Below are positions 13,880 through 26,687 of a stretch of 64,000 bases of DNA, in pieces (the first letter of the stretch is position 1; each line of letters starts with the position of its first letter). Position numbers and translations under genes: made by a program. The stretch covers positions 254,841,238 through 254,905,237 of the forward strand of contig NC_133621.1 in NCBI RefSeq assembly GCF_048593235.1, in the 5' to 3' direction. The notes beneath the pieces were generated by a model that was given only the letters and a program-made list of their open reading frames with translations, searched no databases and was not told the DNA's origin. Source of the DNA: Sminthopsis crassicaudata. Its lineage: Eukaryota.

Positions 13880-14560
13880 CAATTCTCATGCAAACTTAAT
13901 GGCTAAGGTGGAAAATTCTAACTTGGATGATAATATGATTAAGATAGATTCAGAACTGGCTAAATATCCAGAAATCAGTGTCATGGGATAATGGGACAAC
14001 CTGATTGGAAGATTCAAGGGTCCACTGCTGGCCCTGATTTCTCCAGCTTTTATTAACCACTTAGATGCAAATTAGATGCAAAACATATTTTGTTTTCTTA
14101 AATCAGGAAATTTTGATGAACTGTGCACTGGAATGAATTTAAGAAAATATAATACCCATCACCCCAATTTTCTTCATAAAACAAAAGCATATCTGCTTAC
14201 TTTAAAAAAAAAATCAATAATCTTCTGGAAGAATACTAATCATCAAAGATTCGAGGTTGTAGGTCCCAATCAGAAAAGGGTATGGTAGGCATGAGTTGGA
14301 ACTACTAAGTATAAAACAGTGATATAAGTAGGGAAGTAGAAAAAGAGATGGGTGGTCATATATTAGAACCAAAGGATAGCCAACAGACAGCTTCCCCAAA
14401 GGTATCTCATTAATGTCAAGAGACCTAGCAGAAGGGTCTTCAACACACTTAATGTTTCCCTCATAAACAAAGAATCATTAAAGATAAAATAAGTAGGTGA
14501 TATTAGATGAAATCTGACAGCAAAATTCACTAAAAACCTTTGGAAATTTGGAAGATGACT
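13880..14560 (+). mobile_element. CR1/L3 LINE remnant immediately 3' of PAWR exon 3
   Basis: Degenerate CR1 RT-region phrases (gattcagaactggctaaat...; agatattagatgaaatctgacagc). Confidence 0.4.
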
Positions 14561-14606
14561 ATATTTAGATGATCTGTTGATGTGCTTATAATTTTAAAAT
14601 CTTTAC

Positions 14607-14735
14607 CGCTAATAGGGATGAACCCCCAGGGTCTGAGGCTGCAGCTTCGTTCTGTTTTGTATTCTGTTGTGTGATAGCATCTTCTCTTTTCCTCTCTTTT
14701 TGGCCCTCTTCATCATCTTCATATTCATCTAGACC
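14607..14735 (-). CDS. PAWR: PAWR (Par-4, PRKC apoptosis WT1 regulator) internal coding exon, equivalent to human exon 3; 43 codons, phase 0/0
   Basis: Minus strand has a polypyrimidine tract and acceptor (attttttttccctttctttttttAG), an open frame GLDEYEDDEEGQKERKREDAITQQNTKQNEAAASDPGGSSLLA, and donor GCG|GTAAAG. The peptide matches recalled human Par-4 CLDEYEDDEAGQKERKREDAITQQNTIQNEAVNLLDPGSSYLLQ. Missed by the ORF track because it has no ATG. Confidence 0.95.
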
Positions 14736-17504
14736 CTAAAAAAAGAAAGGGAAAAAAAATAGACTCATTGATATATGCAACTAATGATTCTCATGATAGA
14801 TTAAAATATTTGCATGCAATTATTAGTAATATTTGCCCCATTATTACTTTGAAAGCCTATCAGGTGTGTTCTTTAAAAATTGAATTTAAAAATAATTTTA
14901 ATAAACTGAGCCACATTTTAAATGCATCAAGATTGCAGACGGTTCTGAATAGAGAATTTTTCCATCATCAAAGACAAAAACAAAAATCCTTGGGCAGGTA
15001 AGTTAAACCTTCCTAAGCCTAAGTTTCTTCCCCTAAATTGAAGAGGCTGATCTAAATGATCTAATTACCACTGTAATTCTAAATCTTCCGATTGTTTTGT
15101 AATGCTAAAAGAAATTGGCTTACTTTCAACTCCTCCTCCAGGACATTCTATCTCCTCTCCTAAGGCACAAGAAATCCATCCCCCATGCTTGAAGAGCATT
15201 CCCTCCACAAAGCCTCTTGTAATGCTCAGCTTTCTTTAAAGTTTCACTCAACTGAGGTCTTCAAAGAAGTCTCCCAATTACAAGTGCTATCCTACCCTGA
15301 AGCTAAAATGAATTTGTATATAATATATATTTTTATATCACAACCCCTCCCACTTCAAATAAGAATGAGTTCCCTAATATAAGTTATAAGCGACCTTAAC
15401 AGTGAGATTGAAATAATTCTCCACAGGCCCGGATCGGAGTTCTAAAGTCAACATTTACCAGTTATATATGATAAATGGAGGCTTACAATTTATAAAATGG
15501 GGATAACATTTACACTATTTGAGGACATAATGTTGTACAGAGTGAAGAATATAGGGGGGGGGGGTTCAGCTAGTTGCTGTGTGACTGTAGCCAAGTCACC
15601 TATTGAATCAGGTCTTGGAACAAATGACTTTGAAGGTCTCCCTTCATAGGACTGCAGAGAAAATATAACTTTTCTTCTTTTCCTGTTACTGTTTTTCACT
15701 ATTTTCAGAGTCTAAAGTGATTTATTTATTATAGTAAATCATTTATAATAAATTAGTTACTTTATTCCTCTGATCACCATCCAAATTTACTCTCTCATTC
15801 TTGCACTTTTATAACCAACTACTTTTTAACTCCAAACATTTCCCACTGGCCTCAGTCTAATTGGACTAGAGAGACCAGAGCTTTACTCCAGGATCTTATA
15901 ATCTCATTAGCTGACTCCAGAAATGTGCACTTTCTGTCTCTCCAGATTCTACATTCACAGCAGATTCCATATCGTAACCTTAGGCTACTACCCCAATAAT
16001 ATCCTTCTCCCTGAATACATCACCAGTTTACTATTCTTATAATTTGTTCGTTTCTGGCACATTTTTTCCCCTAATAAAAAGTAGTTAAAACAAGCTTTAT
16101 CCAAAATGCCTTCATTCACAAAATTATAAATAAAAAAATTTCCTTCACTCTTGATTTTGATTTTCTTTAATAATTAAATTGTTAAAAGAAAAGTGGAATG
16201 TAATTTTGTCTTCCTTCCTCTTTTTTCCAATTATCCATCTAGCCATTTCTTGGTACTTGGCCTCAGTTTCTTCAGCTGTACAAGGAGGTTGAACTAGATG
16301 AGCTATACGATACTTGTTGACTCTAACATTAAAAGATTTATCAATCAGAGTTAAAAGGTCCTATGCTATTTCTATGGGGGAGTGAAGAGGTAGTATGACA
16401 AAGAAAAATTAGGGGAAAAAAAACTTTTTGGATTAGATAAAAGTCTGAAACTCAAACAGAAGAAGTGAATGACACAAAATAAACTAAAGACTCCTTTCCA
16501 AAAATGAGAATACTTGAAAGAATAGTGATGGTCCTCAACAGGAACTATATATAAGGAAAGGTGTTTTTGTTTTTTGTTTTTTTTTTTAAATTTGCCTGAC
16601 CAACATTCCTTACTTTCAACTTCATGGACTAGAAATATGGGAAAGAGGTACCAACCAACTCAAGTCCAAATTGTTCTCAATCCAATTAGAAAGCAAGTCA
16701 GCTTTTTATATAGCATACAATCACAGAATGTGCAGAAGTCCACCCTCCATTAAATCAAATATACTCATGACGTACTTTGCCTCAGAAGCATGGCCTGTAT
16801 CATGTATCTCAGATGAAGTCTGGAAGGATGATAAATAATATTTTGGAAACTAAAGTAACTGAACCAAAAAGGAAGTTTAAAAAGAAACCAGTGGTTTTCA
16901 ATGCTAACAAAATAAAAATTCCCACTAATAGAACTACTGACCTCCAAAGTTTCTCAAATAAGGGAATCCATGCTGTTCAAAAATATGAAAACATTACAAT
17001 TTAGACTCCTGTTATAGATGTGACCCAGTTTAAAAAAAAAAAACTAATAAAATAAAAACTATGTGTAACTTCAAACAAATGCCAATTTAATCAAGACAAA
17101 AGAAAACTGCCCTGAATGAATTTGTTCATTAGAGTCCAAAATGCTGAAACAAAATAAGATAAAACAAGAGACTACATTAATCAAATAACATATATTTATG
17201 AAGTTCCTACCAGACATCAAGTACTGCACAAGATCTGGGGAAATGAACATAAATTAAAAAAAAAACAATGACTTCTACCTACTCAGAAGAAGCACACAGT
17301 CAAATGAAGTAAATCTAAGTGTATCACAAATAGTGAATAAGTATAAATATGTAAAAGTTGTTAAATGTAGCAATGGTGCCAAAGAATTTCTAACTGTCAC
17401 TAAATTTAAACGATAAACTGGGTGAATTAGAAATGGCCAAAGCAAAGATGAGGCTTGTTTAATCAATCTACAAGTATTTTAGAAAGCCTTTGGTATGTAC
17501 CCAG

Positions 17505-17750
17505 GGCAGGTAGGAAGCACAATGGAAAGAATGCCAAGTGGGTTTAGAATGAGAAAGACTCATCTTTTTGAGTTCAAATCTAGCCTCAGATATTTACTAA
17601 CTCTGTGACTTTAGGTAAGACACTTAACCTTGTTTGTTTCACTTTTCTCATCTGTAAAATGAGAAGCAATTTTCAAACCATTCTAGTTGTCTTTGCCCAG
17701 AAAAACCCAAATGGCATCATGAAGAGTTGGACACAACTGAAGAACAATAA
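17505..17750 (+). mobile_element. MAR1-type SINE (CORE plus RTE-like tail)
   Basis: CORE domain followed by ctttgcccagaaaaacccaaatggcatcatgaagagttggacacaactgaa. Confidence 0.8.
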
Positions 17751-18759
17751 AGTATGTACCTGTCACTATGCTAAACACTGTGGGAGAGAAAACTCTGAGC
17801 AACTTAGGAGGCAACTCATAACCTCTCACTTTGAGAACACCTTGGTGAAATGCCTCACTTCTAAACTTGATAGGCTGATCTTTGGACATGCACCCCTTCT
17901 CAATATTCATTAATTGTTAATTATCCTCTAACAGATGATAACAAGGCTTAGATCATTTCAATCAGTTATGCTGATGCTCTGTATTCCATTTGTTTCATTA
18001 GTCTGGTTTGGTATCCTTCAAAAAATTCTTTAAATGATGGAGACATAATAGACACAATTCAATCCCTTCCTAATGACACTATTCTGCTAACCTCATATAA
18101 CTAAGGAAGTGATACTGATTCCATACAATTCTTGTTCTAATTTTGTTCCCAAATGTGTGGCAATTCAGAAATCTCAAATATTTTCCATCTAAACCACTTT
18201 TATCCAAATATGGAAGATATTCTGTGTGACATTTGCACATCTGATCTTAATATAAGGAATCCACAGAAATTCCTTAGGTTTTCTAGCTTCTCAAACATTT
18301 GAGGCTGAAAAATGAACTGTTCCTATAGCCCTCCACCCCTCTATGGAAAATAGGGCATTTTTTTTGTTTGTTTTTTAAACATGAATCATAATGATGGGGA
18401 ATGCTTAGAACACCATCTGTCTTACCACTACTAATTATAATGAATGGGACCAAAAAAAAAAAAAAAAAAAAAGGTCAGAGAAGATGAAAACTGCTAGAAA
18501 GGAAAAAAAAAAACTAATTAATGACCCATTTTAATTTGGCAGAATCTTATGAAAGATATATAAGTAAAAATTATGTGGCATGTGGTAAAACAATTGGCAA
18601 TTGTGATTCTGAGTTAGTAAATCAATGGTCACCATGCCTTTCAAACTAGAGATTATAGTCACCATGAAGAGCACTGTAGACATTCTGAGATATCTCCCTC
18701 CTTGATAGGATTCATTTCATTTTCCTCTTTAAACTACCAATATTTTATCTTTTTTTTCC

Positions 18760-18891
18760 NNNNNNNNNNNNNNNNNNNNNNNNNNNNNNNNNNNNNNNNN
18801 NNNNNNNNNNNNNNNNNNNNNNNNNNNNNNNNNNNNNNNNNNNNNNNNNNNNNNNNNNNNNNNNNNNNNNNNNNNNNNNNNNNNNNNNNNN
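18760..18891. other. Assembly gap (132 N)
   Basis: Run of N. Confidence 1.
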
Positions 18892-19304
18892 TGTTTTGTG
18901 TGGGACAGGTGCTACACCACCTTTCCGAAATTAACTGATCAGAGACATCTCAGGTACAAAAAGAAAGCATTTATTTAGTCCCTGCTGCAGGGAAAAGCCC
19001 AAGCATACCTAGGAGACATCCCAGCTCCCACCATATGCCCCTCGAGCTTGTCAAGAGTAAAATAGCAAAAGACCCACACCTTTTCATTGGATAGACTAAA
19101 AGGAAGTAACTATCCTTGACCAATTGTCACCAAAGTTGTCTGCTTCCTGTGGGTCAGGCCCAGAGATCACGTGAACTTCCTGCAACCTGAGGTCCAAGGC
19201 CTGATCTTCCAACTCTGGGAATAGGGATCATGTGAATTAAGGCCTAAAATCTGACCTACTCTACTCTATCTAAGACTTTGAGAAATCTCCACTGGTCCCA
19301 TTCA
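18892..19304 (-). mobile_element. ERV LTR, 413 bp, TG...CA
   Basis: Minus strand begins TGAATGGGACC and ends CACACAAAACA. Contains a CCAAT-like box, and AATAAA about 80 nt before the CA end. The left TSD is lost in the gap. Confidence 0.7.
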
Positions 19305-20049
19305 ACCTGAAACTTTTCATGCTTGGCCTGATACCTGGTCTATCAAAGTATATCAACAATTTATCTGCAAGTTAAAATTCTTAAATGTTGCTGAGGATGC
19401 TAAGAAGTACAAGTGATTTTTATCCATGGTCCTATAGTTACAAGATTGGCTGAAACATAACTTCCATTCTACTCTTTACTCACTACTAATAACACTATAG
19501 CTGAAGTTCACCAATACATTATTGGCTGTTCACAATTAATAATTCCCATTATGATCCATGTACTCATCTTCACTAGCCAGGAATATCATTCTGAAGTTTA
19601 GTGGATTGAACAAGGTACCAATTTACTAAAATAATCTTTATAGAGGGAATGATGAATCTAATCTGCAAATCTTGCCTACAATTGCCAGGTGCTGGTCTAG
19701 GCTCATTAATTCAGTTCAAGAAGCATTTATCAAATCCTACTATGTACAAATGACTAAAGAGCACTTTTTGTCCTCAAGAGATTTATATTCCTCTGGTGGC
19801 AAATGGAAGGAGGGAGAAATGCACTAATCTTGAACAGGGAGGGGAAAGTAACTTCCAATTGGATAATACAGAAGACTCAATTATATTGCAATAAAGGAAG
19901 ACATTTCAGGAACAAGTACTTTGTGGCCTATGGCTTATTCAAAATCAGGAATGAAATATGACACAACAGAGGGGGAAGAAAACGCTCATAAATAAATTTT
20001 GGAATTACTTCCTTTCTTGCTTATTCAATACAAATGTTATAAGTATCTC

Positions 20050-20470
20050 CTATAAACTAGGTCAATGTTTTGTGTTGAGGATATAAAGGAAAATGAGACA
20101 ATTCCTACTATGAAGGAGCTAGCATTCTATTGGATTAATACAGAAAAGTAAGAATGTGTGCCCACAAAATAAATAGAAAGCACTGGGGTAGAGGGACAGG
20201 GAGGGAGAAGTGGAAAGTGCCAACTAGAGAGAGTGATTCCTCAGCTAAAAACTAGGAAGTGGGGAGCGGGGGTGGATCTCTAAGTGGGCAGTCAGGTGAA
20301 GAGAGGAGAGAGCAGTTTAGGCATAGTAGTGAAAAAGGAAATGAAATTTGATCAGTTTGACTATAGCTAGGGAATAATGGATAATAATGCTTGGGAAAAA
20401 ATAGGTTGGACCCAATGATGAAACAGAAGACTTTGCAGTTTATCCTAGGGTCAATAGGAAGCAAGCCAGA
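20050..20470 (-). mobile_element. L2 fragment
   Basis: Purine-rich plus strand typical of antisense L2 3' region. Confidence 0.5.
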
Positions 20471-22019
20471 GCCAGAATCAGAATTGTTTCATTCTTTTAG
20501 TGAAATTCATATTTTCTATCTATTTCACCAAACTGACCAGAAATAACTTATTTTTTTCAGCACTAGCTACATTCACCTCACCATCTTCCTCACAGGACTG
20601 TGCACTAGCATTCTCAAAAGGGAAGATCCTACTACTTAAATGAAAAAGTGATATTTATCATTCAATTCATTTTGCATATAGATCAAAGATCAAAAGTAGT
20701 TAATTAAGGCCAAAGAGTTTATCATCAGATCAACTGAAGAATAATGAATTTTCAGTCACAGAAAATCCTGAAAACCATCTATCAAGATGTATATATATCA
20801 AAGTACATACCCCAACTTCATCAAGAACCAAATAGGTCAAACTAATCTTATTTCCTTTAGTAGGCTAAGAACAACAGATGAAAGTCACACCTATAATATA
20901 TTTAGCTTTCAGCAAGATATATAGTCTTGTTATCCTGTTAGATAAAACTGAGAGCTACAGACCAGGTGGAAAAAGTGACCACTTCAACTAAACCAGTATA
21001 TTTAAGGTATATTTTAAATTTCCAACTTCTTGAAGGACAAGAATAAGCACTACTAATGAGCCTACCTCCTCATCTATGTGCAAAAAGCTTAGCCAAAATA
21101 TAATTTAACCATAGAAATCTGTGGAAAATTCACCTTTAACTTATGAACTAGCCCCCTTCAAGCAAGGTAGCTTTTATTCTTTACAGAAGGTATATAATCT
21201 GAGGACAACTTAACTTCAATTTCAGTCATCTAATCTTCATATTAAAATTTCATGGGCAATTATGTCTTTGTGTTCAGAAACTTGTTCAGCTATGATTAGG
21301 GGTATGAGTTACAAACAATTTTTCTCTATATTATTGTGGTTCTTTGATGATTATTTGGATTAATTTTTAAATTAGTTTCAGATTTTTATACACACACACA
21401 CACACACACAAACATATATATATTTCAAACTCATTACAATCAACTATAACTCACATCTTGGGTTCTATAATGTGAATTAAAGCCATAATATGAATAACAT
21501 CTGAATAACAAAACCAAATTATTAGATTCTAGAGTCAAATGATATAATGAAAACTTGGGGGAAATTCTTATTCTTTGCCTCAGGTGGCTGGGATAATAAA
21601 TCTAACAAGAATCATTTTGTTCTAAGCAAGGGGATACAGACAAAAGTTAGAATCTCTTGAGGACTTTAGAATTTTGATAAGACAGCTCAGAGAACTGTCC
21701 ATTATTTTGCTTCTGTTTTATTTTCTAAAGAAAATAAAATTTGAATTCTGAAGGACAAAAATAATTAGAAAGAACTGAAAACCAAAGGTGATAAAGGAGA
21801 AAGCTCAAGCTGTTGTTCTCAAATTCAAATTTCTGGATTTCAAATTTGAGGATACCAGAATGAACAAACAGTTGGAATTTTCTCAGCTGCTCTCTTGATC
21901 TTTGAAACCTCTAGGTTTTCATTAAGGAGAAAAAAGGAGGCATTTGTAAATGGAAACTTAATGAGTTTGACTTTACACTAATTATGAGATGGTTTGTTAG
22001 CAATTAGAATGGGAAATGA

Positions 22020-23010
22020 TCATTTAAAAACCAATGTGGTCTCCTCAATAACATGTCGAACTAACTTCATTTCATTTGACAGGGTAATCTCAGTGGTAGA
22101 ATAGGTGAATATTATAACTATCTTTATTTAGATTCTAGCAAGGTACCTGAAAGAGTCTTATTTTTAATGATATTATTATGGACAAAATTGAGAGCTATAA
22201 TAGGCTAGATGAGATAGTTCCATTATTTAATATCCTAATATACGTCTCCTCCTTGGGCTTTAGAATATTAAACCAAGATCTAAAAAGATCTTGACAGGCC
22301 CAAAAGAAAAGTCAAAATAATTATAACAAAAATTCATAAAGGTAATTAAAATTTTATATATTTAGAGATTGATCAATTAACTTCACAAATACAGTGTACA
22401 CATAATAGATATCAACAAATAAGAACAACTTTTATATATGGCATTTATATAACTCATACAATGTTTCAGGAATTGGTTTGTGCTTTATGTAGATCACCTC
22501 AACATTATTTCATTTAATCTTCACAATAACTCTGGGAGGTTTTACAGATAAGGAAACTGACACAGATAGAGATTAAGCAACTTGCTCAGCAATAAATACT
22601 AAGTATCTGAGGTAGGTCCAGTGCTCTATCAACTGTATCAACATATTCTCAAGAAAATGATCTAGGAATTTAGTAGACTACAAACTCAATAAGGCAATAG
22701 TGCGACATTGCAGTAAAAACAAAACAAAAAATAAAACCTCCAAAATCTTGCTAATATCCAAAACTATTGTTCTTCTACACTCTTCCTTAGACTAATGTAC
22801 ATCATGAGTTCTAAATTTTAGGATTAAACTAGGATGGTTCTATAAGAGAGTGACTGGGAGGTGAGAGACTTCAGGATGTTCTTAAAAATGATTGGCTTCT
22901 ATGTTGTAGAAGAAGAGGGAAAAAAAATGAGGGAAGGACAATAGCAATCTTCAAGTATTTGAAGAGTTATAATTTGGATAGATTAGTCTTGTTAGAAACA
23001 ATTCTGAACC
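22020..23010 (+). mobile_element. CR1/L3 LINE remnants interrupted by a MIR
   Basis: catgtcgaactaacttcatttcatttgacagggtaa...ttatttagattctagcaagg, CR1 RT motif region; 3' part gtagactacaaactcaataaggcaatagtgcgaca. Confidence 0.55.
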
Positions 23011-23928
23011 TCAAATAAGGGCACACTAAATGAACAAATTCAGGAGAATGAAGCAGTATAAACTTTTAATATATTCCTGCAGGAAGTGGATATGAAACTT
23101 GAGATGAGTTCACACACTTTTCAGAAGGAAAAGTCTTTTATCCCTTATCTTCACCACAAAGTTGTTCTTCTACCTCTCTAATGGTTGAGGTGATGAGGTT
23201 AATATTCTTTTCTGATGTTCCTACAATATACAGCTACATACATACATTGTATAATCATTAAAATGAGTATTAATTCCTTCTGGGGATAAATTAATATCTA
23301 TGAAGTACTTAAACATGACATAATGGAGCCAAGCTAAGACCTTTGTAATTCAGCTTTTACTTTTTTTAAAACTACTAAACTAGTTTTGTCCAGTTCTACC
23401 CAGTTTCAATTGGTTTCAGGAACTTCCATGCTCCCCTCCCTCAGGTCTACTTCCAATTTCAAACTTGTAGATTATCTTCACTATGTGAACATAACTATTG
23501 CTTCCCATAGTCTTACTCTAATTTAGCTTCCAAAGGCCAAAAAAAAAAAAAAAAAAAAAAAAAGAAGCCCAGGGAAATGTTTAGGATTGAATGGAAAAGC
23601 TTCTTAATGTAGACTTCCAGAGATGGTGCTTCATATCCTAGTTGTAGTAACTAGACTATGGCCAAGAAATAATAAAACAAAATATAAAAATTTTGGGACT
23701 ACCTGAACTGGACTACCTGAAATCCATGGTCAAAGGAAAAAAAAAAAACTGACACAATAATATACTATATAGGCTAGTGTCTTTGCCTTCACTGGGCTTT
23801 ATGGAAGAAAAGCAATGATTGCTTGGGGATCTTTTGATTAGTTTTAGGTTCAAGTATTTGTTCTTTTGGGGTCAGTGACTCTGTTCAGTCTCGGAAATAT
23901 CAGAGCAGTAGAAAAATGTTTGGTAGAG

Positions 23929-24960
23929 TGTTAAAGGAGTCACCGGCTAGTGACTGCTGGGGATCTAATTCTATCCAGCAGAATAGATCCCTTCATGTGA
24001 GAGGATGATAATGATACAAGGAAACTGAGAGGCAAGTTCCCTCTTGCCTGCAATTTATTTCATTCTCAATTCACAAGCAACATCTGCATCAGTAAAGACT
24101 GATGTGTAATTCCTTCGTGTGTTATGATTCATAGCTAGGGGGGCTTTCAGAGAATCAACTTGCCCCTCACACTTAGGCATGGTACTTAACAATTCCCATT
24201 TTTTGTTTGATGGGAACATTATTTTCCCCAACAGCACTGTCAGTTTGTCTGATATTGTTAAGTGGCCATTACCTGAGTCTGAATGTTGAGAAATGCAAAT
24301 AGCACAATAAAAATCTTTTCCGTCCTATTATTCTAGATGGTTGGAGGATGAGAGGCTACAGCAGATGTTGAATCTTGTGAGATGTAATTTACTCTGACAT
24401 CATCTGACATCATAATAGTCTATCATGGAGGCAAACTTTCTGACAAATGAACAAATAGGTTTGTAGTCAAAGTAAGCATTTTTCCTAAGTCCCCTCATCA
24501 ATCTCCTGGCTCAGTCCTGTGATGTGCTGGCCTCTTTTAATTACCCCAACTGATAAAGTCTTATCAAGGTCTCTTCTTCCTTTTCTTCCCTATGGGTTAC
24601 CAAAGGTTCCTTTAGCTCTCAAGTGATGCTGCTGCTTCTTTATTTCTTATGCCCCTTATTGGGCGCCATTTGTTATGGGAGCCACCTGCTCATGGCTGCT
24701 GGAGAATCTAATTCTGTCCAGGAGAATAGATCCCTTCATGTGAGAGGATGATAATGATACAAGGAGACTGAGAGGCAGTTGTATTCTCTGACCTCTCTAC
24801 TCCTCTCTCTTGCCTGTAATTTATTTCATTCCCAATTCACAAGCAATATCTGCGTCAGTAAAGGCTGTTTTGCAATTCCTTCAAGGTTTTTATGATTCAC
24901 AGCTATAGGGGCTTTCAGAGAATCAACCTGTCCCTTCACACCTAGGCATGGTCCTTAATA
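23929..24960 (-). mobile_element. Complete miniature non-autonomous ERV (class II/betaretrovirus-like signals): 5'LTR-PBS-479 bp internal-PPT-3'LTR
   Basis: 5'LTR 24671-24960 and 3'LTR 23929-24191 are homologous direct repeats. PBS TGGCGCCCAATAAGGGGC at 24668-24651. PPT AAACAAAAAATGGGAAT directly before the 3'LTR TG. 6-bp TSD GTAGAG at 23923-23928 and 24961-24966. Confidence 0.92.
24651..24668 (-). other. Primer-binding site, tRNA-Lys(1,2)-like
   Basis: TGGCGCCCAATAAGGGGC vs canonical TGGCGCCCAACGTGGGGC (15/18), 2 nt after the LTR CA end. Confidence 0.88.
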
Positions 24961-25699
24961 GTAGAGTTATTTTAATCACTTTTGAAAAATACAGAAGAGT
25001 GTGCTACCCATCTCTCATTCATCTGTTGGTCATCTATCTGCATGACAAACAGCTTTATAAATAACAATAAAACCTAAGTTGAAAATGGGTCAAGAACTTG
25101 CCTTTCTTTGTGTCCTCTTGGCATAAAATAATGCTATGTTTGGCACACAGTAGGAGCTTAATTAATGATTGTTGACTGAGTGACTGAACTATTAGTGAAA
25201 AAGGAGCATCACTTATATACCCAAATAGAGTAATTACATTTCTTTTTCATAAATATTGAATGAAAATTTTAAGAAACTCTCAGGAGACCATTGCTCTCAA
25301 CTCCCATGTATCAATACTGCCTGCCAACATATCAATCCTATCTGCTCAACACTGTCAAAAGACATCAAGTCCACTATATACTCATATAAAGCTAATTTCT
25401 TTTATGTCACTAGAGGATAACAGCAGCCACAAAAACAATAGCAATAATTAGAATTTAAATAGAATTTTAGATTTGCCAAGTAATTTACAAATATTTCATT
25501 TGATTCTTACAAGAATCATGTGGCAGGTGCTATTATTATTTCCACTTTATAGATGGGGAAACTCAAGTTACAGAAGTTAAATGACTTGGCCAGAGTCACA
25601 TCAATAATAAATGATTATACTCAGGCCTTCCTACCTCAAGGTTTGGTGTTCTATCCGTTATCCCACCCAAGATTCATCAATAAATGTCACTTTTTCCCC

Positions 25700-25917
25700 A
25701 TCATTTCAGTCTTGTTTGACCCTCTGTGACCCCATTTGGAGTTTTCTTGGTCAAACTACTAAAGTAGTTTGCCATTTCCTTCTCTAGTTCATTTGATAGC
25801 TGAGGAAACTGAGGCAAAGAGGGTAAAGTGGTTTGCCACACAATGTCTGAACTTAGGAAGAAGAGTCTTTCTGACTCCAGATCCAGCATTCTATCCATTG
25901 AGTCACCTGGCTGCCCC
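25700..25917 (-). mobile_element. MAR1-type SINE
   Basis: Reverse complement of tRNA head, CORE and RTE-like tail. Confidence 0.8.
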
Positions 25918-26687
25918 AATAAACATCAAGGATCTTAATGTGCTAGTATGGAAAGTCCTTCTACTAATGAAAATCATTTAATAAGTCAAATACATTGGAA
26001 GACATTGCACTGGGAATTCATCTTTGTATTTTAGTGACTAGTTAACAAGCCAATTGTATGATTTTTATAAGGAAAAAAAACCATATATGGTAATCTATGT
26101 CATTAGTTAACCCTTTTAATAATCTGTACAATGGTACATTATCTTCAGTTTACAAAATTTATTTTTAAAGAACTTGTGATAGCACAAAACCCAAGCATTT
26201 CAAGATTAAAAAGAAAAGATCCTATCTTGAGTTTTAAAGATCTGAAATATAATCTCCATTTGGATAATGATCCTCCAAACCTAGAGGGTAAGAACAGTTA
26301 AAGGATCTCAACTTTTAAAAATGCAGAAAGTCCTCACACCACTATTACCCCATTCCTATCTGATAGGAGTTTTATCATGCATTATATCCACCACACCACC
26401 TTCCTCGGAGATCCCATCAGACCTCTTGTCTTAAGTAGTGTCAGATTCCCTAAACAGCAATATACGTGATGAAGAAGAGGCAGTCTTTTCATGTATTCAG
26501 CAGATATTCCAAAAACTCCTGAGAATTCCTTAACTCCAGAAATTAGGTCAAAATTCATAGCCATTAAAAAGAGACAGCTTCCCTTTTTGAGGAGACCCAA
26601 ACTACCCAAACTAAAATGTAATATTACCACTAAATTCTTCCTGAATTTTTATCTCTACTTAGTTTAAGACAGATATTGGTAGGGTGA

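Larger units (their letters stand above)
1..14606 (-). other. PAWR: PAWR intron 3 (partial)
   Basis: Downstream of the exon 3 donor. No convincing short exon 4 (EPPRTVSGRYKS-like) found by eye. Confidence 0.6.

Noticed and set aside
26340-26640. Slightly coding-looking stretch (SDSLNSNIRDEEEAVFSCIQQIFQKLLRIP)
   Set aside because: Stops in all frames and no recognisable homologue or splice sites; probably old repeat debris.
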